A stretch of DNA of 64,000 bases from Phoronis australis (Eukaryota > Animalia > Phoronida). The translations under genes and the position numbers were made by a program. Location of the stretch: contig NMRA01000192.1 of assembly GCA_002633005.1 (NCBI GenBank), positions 595,140-659,139 of the forward strand, in the 5' to 3' direction. Below the pieces are notes generated by a model. The model saw only the letters and a program-made list of their open reading frames with translations. It had not been told where the DNA came from and made no database searches. This document shows positions 50,301 to 59,370 of the stretch, one piece after another. Numbering within the stretch: position 1 is the first letter of the stretch; every line of letters starts with the position of its first letter.

Positions 50301-53104
50301 TTTGACGTTGTAGTTATTGCACTGGTCGGTGTTGACGTTGCAGAGAATTGACTGGTCGGTACTGACCTCGTTGTGATTTCACTGGTCGGTGTTAATGTTG
50401 TAGTGGTTTCGCTGGTCAGTGTTGACATCGTACCGCTTTCAGTGGTGGACTTTAATGTTGTAGTAGTTACACTCGTGGGTGTTGACTTTGTAGTCGTTTC
50501 ACTGGTCGGTGTTGATGTTGTAGTAATTAAACTGGTCGGTGTTAACGTTGGAGTGGTTCCACTGGTCGGACTAAACGTTGTAGTGATTTCACTAGTCGGT
50601 GTTAACATTGTAGTGGTTTCACTGGTGGGTGTTGAAATTGTAGTGTCTTTTATGATGGGTGTTGTTGTAGTGATTTCACTGGTCTGTGTTGACGTTGTAG
50701 TTATTTCACTTGTCGGCGTAAACGTTGTAGTGGTTTCACTGGTGGGTGTTGACATTGTAATGATTTCACTGGTCTGTGTAGACGTTATGGTGGTTTCACT
50801 GGTAGGTGTTAACGTTGTAGTGATTTCACTGGTCAATGTTGACGTTGTAGTGGTTTTACTGGTCGGTGTTGACAATGTAGTGGTTTCACTGAAGGTTAAT
50901 GGCGTTGTAGTGTCTTGTAGGACCGGTGTTGACGTTGTAGTGATTTCACTGGTCGGTGTGAACGTTGTAGTTGGTTCACTGGTCAGTGTGAAGGTTGTAG
51001 TGGTTTCACTGGTGGGTGTTGACGTTGTAGTGATTTCACTGGTCGGTTTTGACGTTATGGTGGTTTTACTGGTCGGTGTTAACGTTGTAGTGCTTTCACT
51101 GTTAGGTGTTGACGTTGTGGAGGTTTCACTGGTCGGAGATATCGTTGCAGTGGTTTCAGTGCTCGCTGTTAACGTCGTAATGGTTTTACTGCTCGGTGTT
51201 GACATTGAAGTAGTTTCACTGGTCGGAATTAACGTTGTAGTGGCTTCACTAGTCGGTTTTGACGTTGTAGTTATTGCACTGGTCGGTGTTGACGTTGCAG
51301 AGAATTGACTGGTCGGTATTGACCTTGATGTGATTTCACTGGTCGGTGATGTTGTAGTGGTTTCGCTGGTCGGTGTTGACATCGTACCGCTTTCAGTGGT
51401 GGACTTTAATGTTGTAGTAGTTACACTCGTGGGTGTTGACTTTGCAGTCGTTTCACTGGTCGGTGTTGATGTAGTAGTAATTAAACTGGTCAGTGTTAAC
51501 GTTGGAGTGGTTCCACTAGTCGGACTAAACGTTGTAGTGATTTCAGTACTAGGTGTTGACCTCGTTGTGAGTTCACTGGTTGGTGTTAACGTTGCAGTGG
51601 TTTCACTGATGGATGATAACGTTGTAGTGTATTGTAGGACCGGTGTTGAAGTTGCAGTGATTTCACTGGTCGGTGTGAAGGTTATAGTGGTTTCACTTGT
51701 TGGTGTTGGTATTGTAGTGGTTTCACTGGTGGATGTTGGCGTTGTAGTAGTTACACTAGTCGCTGTTGACGTTGTAGTGATTTCAGTACTAGGTGTTGAC
51801 CTCGTTGTGAGTTCACTGGTTGGTGTGAAGGTTGTAGTGGTTTCACTTGTGGGAGTTGAAGTTGTAGTGATTTTACTGGTGGGTGTTGTTGTTGTAGTGA
51901 TTTCACTGGTCGGTTTTGACGTTATGGTGGTTTCACTGGTCGGTGTTAACGTTGTAGTGCTTTCACTGGTAGGTGTTGATGTTGTGGTGGTTTCACTGGT
52001 CTGTGTTGACGTTATGGAGATTCCACTGGTCGGAGATATCGTTGCAGTGGTTTCAGTGCTCGCTGTTAACGTCGTAATGGGTTTACTGCTCGGTGTTGAC
52101 ATTGAAGTAGTTTCACTGGTCGGAGTTAACGTTGTAGCGGCTTCACTAGTCCGTGTTGACGTTGTAGTTATTGCACTGGTCGGTGTTGACGTTGCAGGGA
52201 ATTGACTGGTCGGTATTGACCTTGATGTGATTTCACTGGTCGGTGTTAATGTTGTAGTGGTTTCGCTGGTCAGTGTTGACATCGTACCGCTTTCAGTGGT
52301 GGACTTTAATGTTGTAGTGGTTACACTCGTGGGTGTTGACTTTGTAGTCGTTTCACTGGTCGGTGTTGATGTTGTGGTAATTAAACTGGTCGGTGTTATC
52401 GTTGAAGTTGTTACACTGGTCGGACTAAATGTTGTAGTGATTTCACTAGTCGGTGTTAAATTTGTAGTGGTTTCACTGGTGGGTGCTGAAGTTGTATTGT
52501 CTTTAATGATGGGTGTTGACGTTGTAGTGATTTCACTGGTCTGTGTTAACTTTGTAATGGTTTCGCTGGTCGGTGTTGAGGTTGTAGTGATTTCACTGAT
52601 CGGTGTTAACGGTATGGTGGTTTCACTGGTCTGTGTTAACGTTGCAGTGCTTTCTCTGGTTGGCGTTGACGTTGTGGTGGTTCCACTGGTCGGTGTTGAC
52701 GTTGTAGTGATTTCACTGGTAGGTGTTGACGTTGTAATGCTTTCACTGGAAGATGTTAGCGTTGTAGTGATTTCATTAGCAGGTGTTGACGTTGTAGTAA
52801 TTTCTCTGGTCGGTGTTATCGTTGTAGTGGTTTCACTAGTCGTGGTTGACGTTGTAGTGGTTTCCCTGGTCGATGTTAATGTTGCAGTGGTTTCAGTGGT
52901 GGGTGTTAACGTTGCGGTGGTTTCACTTGTCGGTGTTAACTTTGCCGTAGTTTCACTTGTCGGAGATAACGTTGTAGTAGTTCCAGTGGTGCGTGTGCCA
53001 CTCGTCATTTTTGATGTAGTGTTGCTGTAAATTGCCGTGGCGATGATGCAGGGAAGACAAGCAGCAACCGCTAGTGTTGTGACGATTCTCGTGTTTGGTA
53101 ACAT
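27186..53104 (-). CDS. MUC4-like transmembrane mucin (PTS-NIDO-AMOP-VWD-EGFn-TM); 26 coding exons, ~3075 aa
   Basis: Hand-spliced exons, all GT-AG and phase-consistent: 53104-47884, 45219-45071, 44211-43917, 42896-42745, 41777-41684, 41366-41199, 40489-40324, 40142-39992, 39351-39225, 38879-38736, 38467-38211, 38011-37846, 37553-37287, 36877-36660, 36053-35950, 35388-35186, 34252-34130, 33807-33688, 33496-33377, 32096-31974, 30316-30194, 29642-29539, 29102-29005, 28890-28700, 28203-28014, 27339-27186 (total 9228 nt). AATAAA just after the stop. Confidence 0.88.
28014..28203 (-). CDS. Mucin exon, transmembrane helix
   Basis: Thr-rich stalk, then LWVIGVIASVVACVVIVIIVVCSI-K; GTAAGT donor. Confidence 0.88.
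28700..28890 (-). CDS. Mucin exon, juxtamembrane module part 3
   Basis: REVVSYGFTAKNV…IDLAYFIRLPNGGAVLSGSELQAVV…; phase 2 to 1. Confidence 0.75.
29005..29102 (-). CDS. Mucin exon, juxtamembrane module part 2
   Basis: YTLKVQEEFRVSLATQATKHCFEHPCATQKVTK; TTCCAG/GTAAGT boundaries. Confidence 0.72.
29539..29642 (-). CDS. Mucin exon, juxtamembrane module part 1
   Basis: VPKTEKP…ERENTVTLTVKMDITN; TTTCAG/GTAAGA boundaries. Confidence 0.72.
30194..30316 (-). CDS. Mucin exon, Ca-binding EGF
   Basis: DINECIEESHTCNDTEDCSNKPGSYTCPCIIGLELVDGTCK. Confidence 0.9.
30475..30710 (+). mobile_element. Highly decayed LINE RT fragment in a mucin intron
   Basis: CIFVDFPKAFG (FVDFxKAFD-like) at ~30477, followed by a VRQECQLS (GVRQG..LSP-like) remnant. 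Confidence 0.55.
31974..32096 (-). CDS. Mucin exon, Ca-binding EGF
   Basis: [41 protein letters not shown]. Confidence 0.92.
33377..33496 (-). CDS. Mucin exon, EGF-like
   Basis: THECISTACDLTNGWCVVLNGQDTCVCKAGYQASGSNCT; not in the ORF track. Confidence 0.85.
33688..33807 (-). CDS. Mucin exon, Ca-binding EGF
   Basis: DIDECYPASDCDHMCNNTLGSYNCSCNDGFSLQADGKSC. Confidence 0.92.
34038..34123. repeat. 43-bp tandem duplication next to an EGF-exon donor
   Basis: TTTTGTGTCAGTGGAACTAGAAGACAACACYATGAGCTTATTG x2. Confidence 0.85.
34130..34252 (-). CDS. Mucin exon, Ca-binding EGF
   Basis: DVDEC…[20 protein letters not shown].KTC; 123 nt, phase 1-1. Confidence 0.92.
35186..35388 (-). CDS. Mucin exon, EGF-like repeats
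   Basis: CICEPGYTGSFCESEINRC..NPNAC..GVTC…YECGDCPSG. Confidence 0.88.
35950..36053 (-). CDS. Mucin exon, EGF-like start
   Basis: YFPDIHVCACVNGNCT; phase 0 to 2. Confidence 0.8.
36660..36877 (-). CDS. Mucin exon, beta-sandwich-like module
   Basis: NFAPTIAGP…ISAADRNNDTITW. Confidence 0.8.
37287..37553 (-). CDS. Mucin exon, post-VWD
   Basis: WQVD…FRPIF…ARELCGDNKECLFDVAATGNLAIGNTT (MUC4/SUSD2-type segment). Confidence 0.85.
37846..38011 (-). CDS. Mucin exon, VWD C-terminus
   Basis: TEGLLGTYNGNSSDDFTLPDG…IFHNFGQK(W). Confidence 0.88.
38211..38467 (-). CDS. Mucin exon, VWD
   Basis: GTASGFTAVAIG…GVSVQLSAAN; GT-AG boundaries. Confidence 0.8.
38736..38879 (-). CDS. Mucin exon, VWD start with GDPH
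   Basis: FWGDPHLVTLDGHQYTFNGVGEYV…VQTRT. Confidence 0.92.
39225..39351 (-). CDS. Mucin exon, AMOP C-terminus
   Basis: YCC…FCHRFYRRRP…YRPPRP (AMOP C..Y..RRP…Y.PP). Confidence 0.85.
39992..40142 (-). CDS. Mucin exon, AMOP
   Basis: FRFLVW…LCFLSR…TCCY…GL; phase 2 to 0. Confidence 0.8.
40324..40489 (-). CDS. Mucin exon, NIDO end / AMOP start
   Basis: GRRGEYIIR…C…CPSTNRQAWWDWGR (AMOP CP.T..QA..D.GR). Confidence 0.8.
41199..41366 (-). CDS. Mucin exon, NIDO C-terminal part
   Basis: VGVSVGDG…PESG…LRNL…GNT; splice signals and phase fit. Confidence 0.75.
41684..41777 (-). CDS. Mucin exon, NIDO
   Basis: NSFQAVVMTDETYSFVKYNY…INW (NTFQ.V..TD..SF..FNY consensus). Confidence 0.85.
42280..42600 (-). mobile_element. 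Decayed L1/Tx1-clade LINE fragment (post-RT region)
   Basis: …SLPLP…DKVARKTVVKALEEDGANMINIAIFIKVIRLTWVWK resembles the L1/Tx1 K..GGL…..F.KA..L.W segment. Confidence 0.55.
42745..42896 (-). CDS. Mucin exon, NIDO
   Basis: DFQPTWVLVVTWENM, a canonical NIDO motif; not in the ORF track. Confidence 0.85.
43917..44211 (-). CDS. Mucin exon, NIDO N-terminal part
   Basis: VCYNGAINLG…IISPFRTYAD…QVYVKV; phase 0 to 1. Confidence 0.8.
44405..44536. mobile_element. Same ~140-bp MITE family, in a mucin intron
   Basis: CGTTCAGTAAC…GTTACTGAACG TIR; internal sequence aligns by eye to 3465-3609. Confidence 0.65.
45071..45219 (-). CDS. Mucin exon (pre-NIDO)
   Basis: DDSAIYNGFKEGATRLVNCNATGNRYYECH…; AG/GT boundaries, phase 1 to 0. 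Confidence 0.75.
47287..47350. repeat. (GT)n microsatellite
   Basis: About 32 perfect units. Confidence 0.95.
47884..53104 (-). CDS. Mucin exon: signal peptide plus ~1700-aa Thr/Ser/Pro repeat domain
   Basis: MLPNTRIVTTLAVAACLPCIIATA signal-like start right after an AG acceptor at 53106-53107; ~10-aa TPTSETTTTS repeats; GTAAGT donor at 47883. Confidence 0.93.
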
Positions 53105-54178
53105 TCTGCAATTAGGAAATAAACGATTTTGGCGTATTCACATTCTGAAGCTGACAGTTGTGCATGTCAGGTTATTTGGACCTGGTGTTCTATTCAAACC
53201 ACAATGCTTGTGGTTATTTTTTGGCACTTGTATAAGCTAAGCTCTTAAACGGTTGGTACCTCCAAAGAAAAAGCCCAGTTCAGTAAACATAAAGACTTTA
53301 TCTTATTTTCAGATAAGATTGATGTCCACGATGTACATGTAAGGCAGTTCAGGAATTCTTACATTCAGATGTTTCACCGAAGTGGTGAAACTAGGTAAGT
53401 AAACGTGTTTCCGATAATTCCTACATCAAGAGGATATATATTGGAACAAGGATCGTAAAATTGCTGTCCGACCAAGTGTCACCGTTGCACCTTGGCCGTT
53501 GTCATATCAGTTTCGCACCTATACGCCCTGCGTATGAAACGAGCCATAAAAGACAACAACGGCACCCACGACGGCACGTAACTGCAAACGATATGTGTAT
53601 TGGGGTGTTCAATAGTATAATGGATCAATCTTCGCATTAAGATGTCAAAGTTGAGAGTCCACCGGTGATGACTCGTCTCCGCCGTAGAACTTTCCGGGAA
53701 GGTCTGTCAGAACATCTGCCAAGACATCTGTTGACAATAATCAACAGAAAAACAATTCACGAAACAAGCTCATTTGATCAGCGGATACATAGTATTGAAA
53801 ACTGCTTCATTCACAGTCAATTAGTTACCTACGTGTTCACGTTTTTAGCTATGGGTACTACAGCCTTTGTCAAATTAATGATGTCCTGAGTGGGTTGGAC
53901 GCGTGACGTCATGATACTATAAAAGCACACTACTGATCAGATATCTACCTCGTTGGAATGCACTGTAAGCGGACGAGAAGACCGATAGATGTCTCCACGA
54001 CCTACGTGTATACAGTAAGGAGACGTCAAATGTTAACTGGTACGCAACTCATTTACTGCGAATGAAGAACGTTTCAATATTAACCGACAAGCAATATTTT
54101 GAAAAAGTCTTAAATGACCAATGTGATGAATGTAAACATGCGATGCATTTCGTTAAGGCTACGCCATGCCTGATTTTC

Positions 54179-54625
54179 AGCCTCGCCCCCACCCCAGCCT
54201 CGAGATGGCGTTGATCGGTTTAGCCATGTGAGGCTTGGTATTGGGAAATGAAATGTGTCGGAATATCTGACACAGTCTTTCGGAAATCGCCGGCCATCAC
54301 CAGTAATATAAAGTTATATCAACTTTGAAATTTTCTGTAGTATAAACAAAAATGTATATTGCAGCAATTTAGTTCCAAATAGTCGCAAAACTGATGTATT
54401 TTAATTCGAAACCAGATAAATAATCAAGGAACAAAAATAAGTACACCAACAACCTTTATTTCACACAATAACCAAGACAATGCATTCTGCGTCGTGAATG
54501 GCAGCAACAACGCCTGTGAAAATAATTAAATTCTGCTTTCGTTTTAATGACGTCAAGGCAGTGGCCAATCCAACCCTCAAATGGCTAAACCGATCAGCGC
54601 CATCTTGAGGCTTGAGGACGAAGCT
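54179..54625. mobile_element. MITE with ~50-bp inverted repeats
   Basis: AGCCTCGAGATGGCGTTGATCGGTTTAGCCAT (from 54196) pairs with ATGGCTAAACCGATCAGCGCCATCTTGAGGCT (to 54612). Confidence 0.7.
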
Positions 54626-54651
54626 AGTCTGATTTTTTGCAATCCTGCAAA

Positions 54652-56100
54652 TGTAGTGCACAAGTGTGGCAGTGAGAACACAGCGAGAAGAAAATAAAGT
54701 TCGCTTTGTATTGTCAAGAATTCGGCTTCATCCTTCATAATTAGTGACTATCAGCCCCGCAGATATGACATAATGGCGACGAGGATCTCCAACGAACTTT
54801 AGCCCTTCCCGTTCTGTAAGTCCCTTGAGAAGTCAGGCAATATTTTGAACGTTTTGTCGGTCGCTATGATGATATTCGTCTATCGTAGCAGGATCTGCAA
54901 CCTGATTGCCCTCAGAGGTTTGTGGTCGTTCAGTCCCTTCGACGTTGTTGCTTAGTAGGAGGCCTTTGCCCCAAAGTGGGACCGGCGGTTAAAGACTTCA
55001 ACTTATATGTAAGTGCTATAGGCGTTAGGAGCACAGCTGTTTAGAAGCGTTCTCTACTTCTACACATACATGAGCCTCCGCGACACATTCTATACCAAAG
55101 CTGCTGCCAAGCAGGGAAAAGATAGCCCTTGATTATGGTAAGGTTGTTGCGTGCCTCAACAATCATATCAAATTTCAAAAAGTGCCCCAATGGCCAGATA
55201 GAAATTCTACTCAATGGACCCCAAACACGGTTTGATTATTGACAGTTTTATTAGACGTCTGAAATTTGCAGTAAAGGAAAGTGAGTTTACGGGTGACGAA
55301 GTGAGTAATCAGGTTTGTTACCGTGTCATGTTGTTGATCACAAACAAAGCTTTAAAAAGCAAGATTTACAGAAAGGAGTCACGCAGTGACAAGTTCGCTA
55401 TGTCCAAATTGACGAAAGTAGTTCGCACGTATCACGACAAGGACGCCGTCATTCTGAAGCCGGTCGTAGGTTATACCAACTGCATTCGAAAGAGAAATAG
55501 GCCCGATCGTTCTAGACGGGAGAGGAACCAAAGTAGACGGGATAGGAACCACGATCTTTCAAATGTGGGAAACCTGGTCATCTCCCACGAGCCTGTCGAT
55601 GATCCAAAGACCACACATGTACATAAAATGCAACAAAACGAGGGCATGTTCAGATTTGCTGTTACAATGCCAAGGATTGAGCTGCTGCGTCGAATCCAAA
55701 TAGTGCCAGTCGTGGTGGCAGATGGCCTCATTGTGGTGGCAAGGTCAGTCGTGGACGTGGCCGGGGAAACTCTCAATTTTCTCGTGCCGTTGATCTTGCC
55801 AAGTCGTCGGCCTGGCAGGATGCAAACTCCGAATCCAGTGGTGATGCTGCCGCGGACTACTACACTGTTCATGCTGTCATCGACGGTAAACGCCAAGACC
55901 TTTTCGATGTTACAGTGGAAGGATCCAAGGTTTCCGTGATCATTGACTCGGGCGCAACATGAAACTTAATGTCTCAGAGAGGACTTTCAGACAGATTCAA
56001 TCTAACGATGGCAACTTCCTCAGTCGTCAGCGCAAAAGCAGTGATGTTCACCTATATGTGTCCAAAGATACATTCGAGATCCTAAGTAGAGCCGCTCTGA
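54652..56100 (+). mobile_element. Decayed Ty3/Gypsy (Mag-like) LTR retrotransposon: partial 5' LTR, PBS, gag, protease
   Basis: LTR ends in CA at 54770 and contains AATAAA. PBS TGGCGACGAGGAT (54774-54786) is complementary to the tRNA-Ser(GCU) 3' end. Gag knuckle (S)FKCGKPGHLPRAC at 55555-55596 plus a second degenerate knuckle. Protease VIIDSGAT at ~55936-55959, followed by a stop. Confidence 0.85.
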
Positions 56101-57428
56101 GAATGGGGCTATTCGGTAAATCTGCAATAACTAGAGGGCGTGAGTGTACTAGTGGTGATAGATTAACAGCCTCGATTTCGCGAGCCCTTTAAATACATGG
56201 TGAAATGGCTTGCAGCCGTGCCAACTGAATCTGAGATTGCGTAAAAAGGGTGCTTCTATGAGAGGAAGTAAGCACGACCTCATACAAAGGTAAGGTTTGT
56301 GATTATTTTTACGATTATTCCATGATTATTCTACCGATGCCTGTTAACTGAGGNNNNNNNNNNNNNNNNNNNNNNNNNNNNNNNNNNNNNNNNNNNNNNN
56401 NNNNNNNNNNNNNNNNNNNNNNNNNNNNNNNNNNNNNNNNNNNNNNNNNNNNNNNNNNNNNNNNNNNNNNNNNNNNNNNNNNNNNNNNNNNNNNNNNNNN
56501 NNNNNNNNNNNNNNNNNNNNNNNNNNNNNNNNNNNNNNNNNNNNNNNNNNNNNNNNNNNNNNNNNNNNNNNNNNNNNNNNNNNNNNNNNNNNNNNNNNNN
56601 NNNNNNNNNNNNNNNNNNNNNNNNNNNNNNNNNNNNNNNNNNNNNNNNNNNNNNNNNNNNNNNNNNNNNNNNNNNNNNNNNNNNNNNNNNNNNNNNNNNN
56701 NNNNNNNNNNNNNNNNNNNNNNNNNNNNNNNNNNNNNNNNNNNNNNNNNNNNNNNNNNNNNNNNNNNNNNNNNNNNNNNNNNNNNNNNNNNNNNNNNNNN
56801 NNNNNNNNNNNNNNNNNNNNNNNNNNNNNNNNNNNNNNNNNNNNNNNNNNNNNNNNNNNNNNNNNNNNNNNNNNNNNNNNNNNNNNNNNNNNNNNNNNNN
56901 NNNNNNNNNNNNNNNNNNNNNNNNNNNNNNNNNNNNNNNNNNNNNNNNNNNNNNNNNNNNNNNNNNNNNNNNNNNNNNNNNNNNNNNNNNNNNNNNNNNN
57001 NNNNNNNNNNNNNNNNNNNNNNNNNNNNNNNNNNNNNNNNNNNNNNNNNNNNNNNNNNNNNNNNNNNNNNNNNNNNNNNNNNNNNNNNNNNNNNNNNNNN
57101 NNNNNNNNNNNNNNNNNNNNNNNNNNNNNNNNNNNNNNNCACGGGGCTTCAGCATCCACACACTTTTTGTCAGTTAGTTGACCCTGTTGACCGCAATTGT
57201 CCACGAATATAGTAACCTTAGGTCTTTTGGGAATTTGTGGCCACCTGTCGAAGACTTGCACCAGCGAAATTAGCAGTAATAAGGCTTAGCGCGACGACGT
57301 ATTTTGATAAAAATTCAATCTTTTACCATTTGTTTACATGCAGACAGCCACGCATGCGCAATTCAATCACCACTAGTACAGCAGCGACACCGCGAGGAGA
57401 ATTCTCCGAATAGCCCCATTGACCAACC

Positions 57429-57612
57429 TGTTTATGGTGAATGCATTTCTTTCCGGCTATGCCATGTCTGTTTTTTATCCATCCGTGTAACTGCAGTGCA
57501 CATGCGCAGTGAGAACACAGCTATGTGAGAGGAAAATAAAGTTCTCGTTTTATTGTCAAGAAATCGGCTTCCTCCGTCGTAATTAGTGGCGATCTGCCCC
57601 GCAGATACTACA
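57429..57612 (+). mobile_element. LTR related to 54652-54770 (probable solo LTR)
   Basis: Shares GCAGTGAGAACACAGC…GAAAATAAAGTT…TTGTCAAGAA.TCGGCTTC…CCCCGCAGATA..ACA; ends in CA; no PPT upstream; flanks ACCTG/ATCTG. Confidence 0.7.
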
Positions 57613-59370
57613 ATCTGTGACACAGGTTGTCCTTGACATGAACCTTTGTGTCACGTTTCACTAAAATCTCAAGATCTTTTGTCAAAAATCAAAGAACTGC
57701 CAATATCTGATACAGCTTACAGGGATGCCACAAAACTTGTATCCGTCGGAAAATCAGATGGTGCCCGTGCAAGCACATTTTATCCTTTTGGTCAGTTTCC
57801 ATCAAAATCTGGCGAGTCGTTTTGACAATAATTTACGGACAAGAACATTCTCTAACAACTTTAGCCAACAGGGGGTGCTTCTTTAATCTTCTCTGTGTGA
57901 ACATCGGCTGGTTCTGGCGCATGTTCGTCATATGCCTCCTGTGTCAAGTTTATTCAAAATCTAGTTAATTGCTTTGACAATAACTGAAAGGCAAAAAATA
58001 TCTTGTTGAAAACTAAAACGGTCAGCAACTTGCGCGACAGTAAGCATATCCGTCGGAGAATCAAACGGTACCGGTGCGCACCTGCCATAAACCCTTTTGT
58101 AAATTTTCATCAATATTTGAAAAACTGTAATCGACGGACAGGAATATTCCGACAAAACTAAAATGGAAAACAGGTGCACTAAGTTTGTCAAAAACAGACG
58201 GTCAAGGAATTTCTTGTCGAGGGCCAATAAAGAGTGCGGGGTAGTCGATTCCGTCCAAAATGCAACTGATGTTGCTGCGTCCCCACCACAACCGTCTGCT
58301 CAAAATTTCGACAAAATTCATGAAGTTGTTTCACCAAAATTGACTGGCAATGGATTTCTAATCGAAAAGTGAAACGACCAACCGGAGCTCCATTGTAGTT
58401 GACTTCACCGGAAATTACCTGGTGTCTACGCATTTCTGCATATGCACCTCAGTCTTTATCAAGTTTACGTAATATTCGTTAAGTCATTTGACCAAAACCA
58501 GACGAATGAGGAATTTCTAGTCGAAAACTAAAAAGGCCAACAGAAACCAGTTGGCTCCTTGCGGATACTTACATGTATTTAGACAGAGCATTACTTCTGG
58601 ACACTGAGGTTATTTGCAGCATGTATTTAGGGGATTTGCGCCGCACCTTTGTTTTTTTAATATATTGGGGTGGTTATCTTAAAAACAAATAAGATTTAAA
58701 ACAAGGAGGTATTTGGCATAGCAGCTCTTGTGAAATTAAAAATAACAACGGTGAACTTTGATGACTGTGCATAGTACTGGATACATGTAAATCTCTACAT
58801 GTGTCATACGGACACTTGACTTTTAAAAGTTTTTTATACATTAATTTTATTGGCAATGAGAAAAACATTACAATACCACAAAAAAGACAAAGAACACCAC
58901 AGACACGCACACGCACACACGCATACCCCACAACTAATCCTCTTGAGTGCTAAGAAAACCCGTTTCAAAGTTACACCATCTTTTTGTATAAATTCTAAAT
59001 TCAAATCCTTACGAGCATTATACTTTTCACTCATATAATATTCTTTTGATGAAGTTAAAAAATCTACTTAGAAGTAATTTTATTGATCCAAACTTTTGGG
59101 TATAAATAGGGTACTTTGTTGTTTAAGACAGTCGATGTTATCCACGATGTTTAAATCATGTCATTTCTATCAATTAAATATATGTAAATAAGTAAGTCAC
59201 CTAAAATTTTTATGGCCCCGGCCTTATAACTAATTACGCTCTGCGAATCCGAAGATTGGCAAAGCGAGAGGTTAGAATGAGATTCGCAAGGAGAAGCAAT
59301 CATTCAGCTAAACGTGAGCAATTATTGAATATCAAAGTGGAGGAGTTTTAAACGCCACAAGATGCAACAG

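Noticed and set aside
47907-53030. Four long Val-rich ORFs on the + strand (814, 311, 291 and 267 aa)
   Set aside because: Antisense shadow of the Thr-rich mucin repeat; the minus strand has the signal peptide and splice signals.
47884-53104. Regular 30-bp repeats as a CRISPR-like array
   Set aside because: Degenerate coding repeats without unique spacers, in a eukaryotic context with no cas genes.
55214-55939. 241-aa ORF as a standalone gene
   Set aside because: Frameshifted mosaic of retrotransposon gag; the zinc knuckle and protease lie in other frames.
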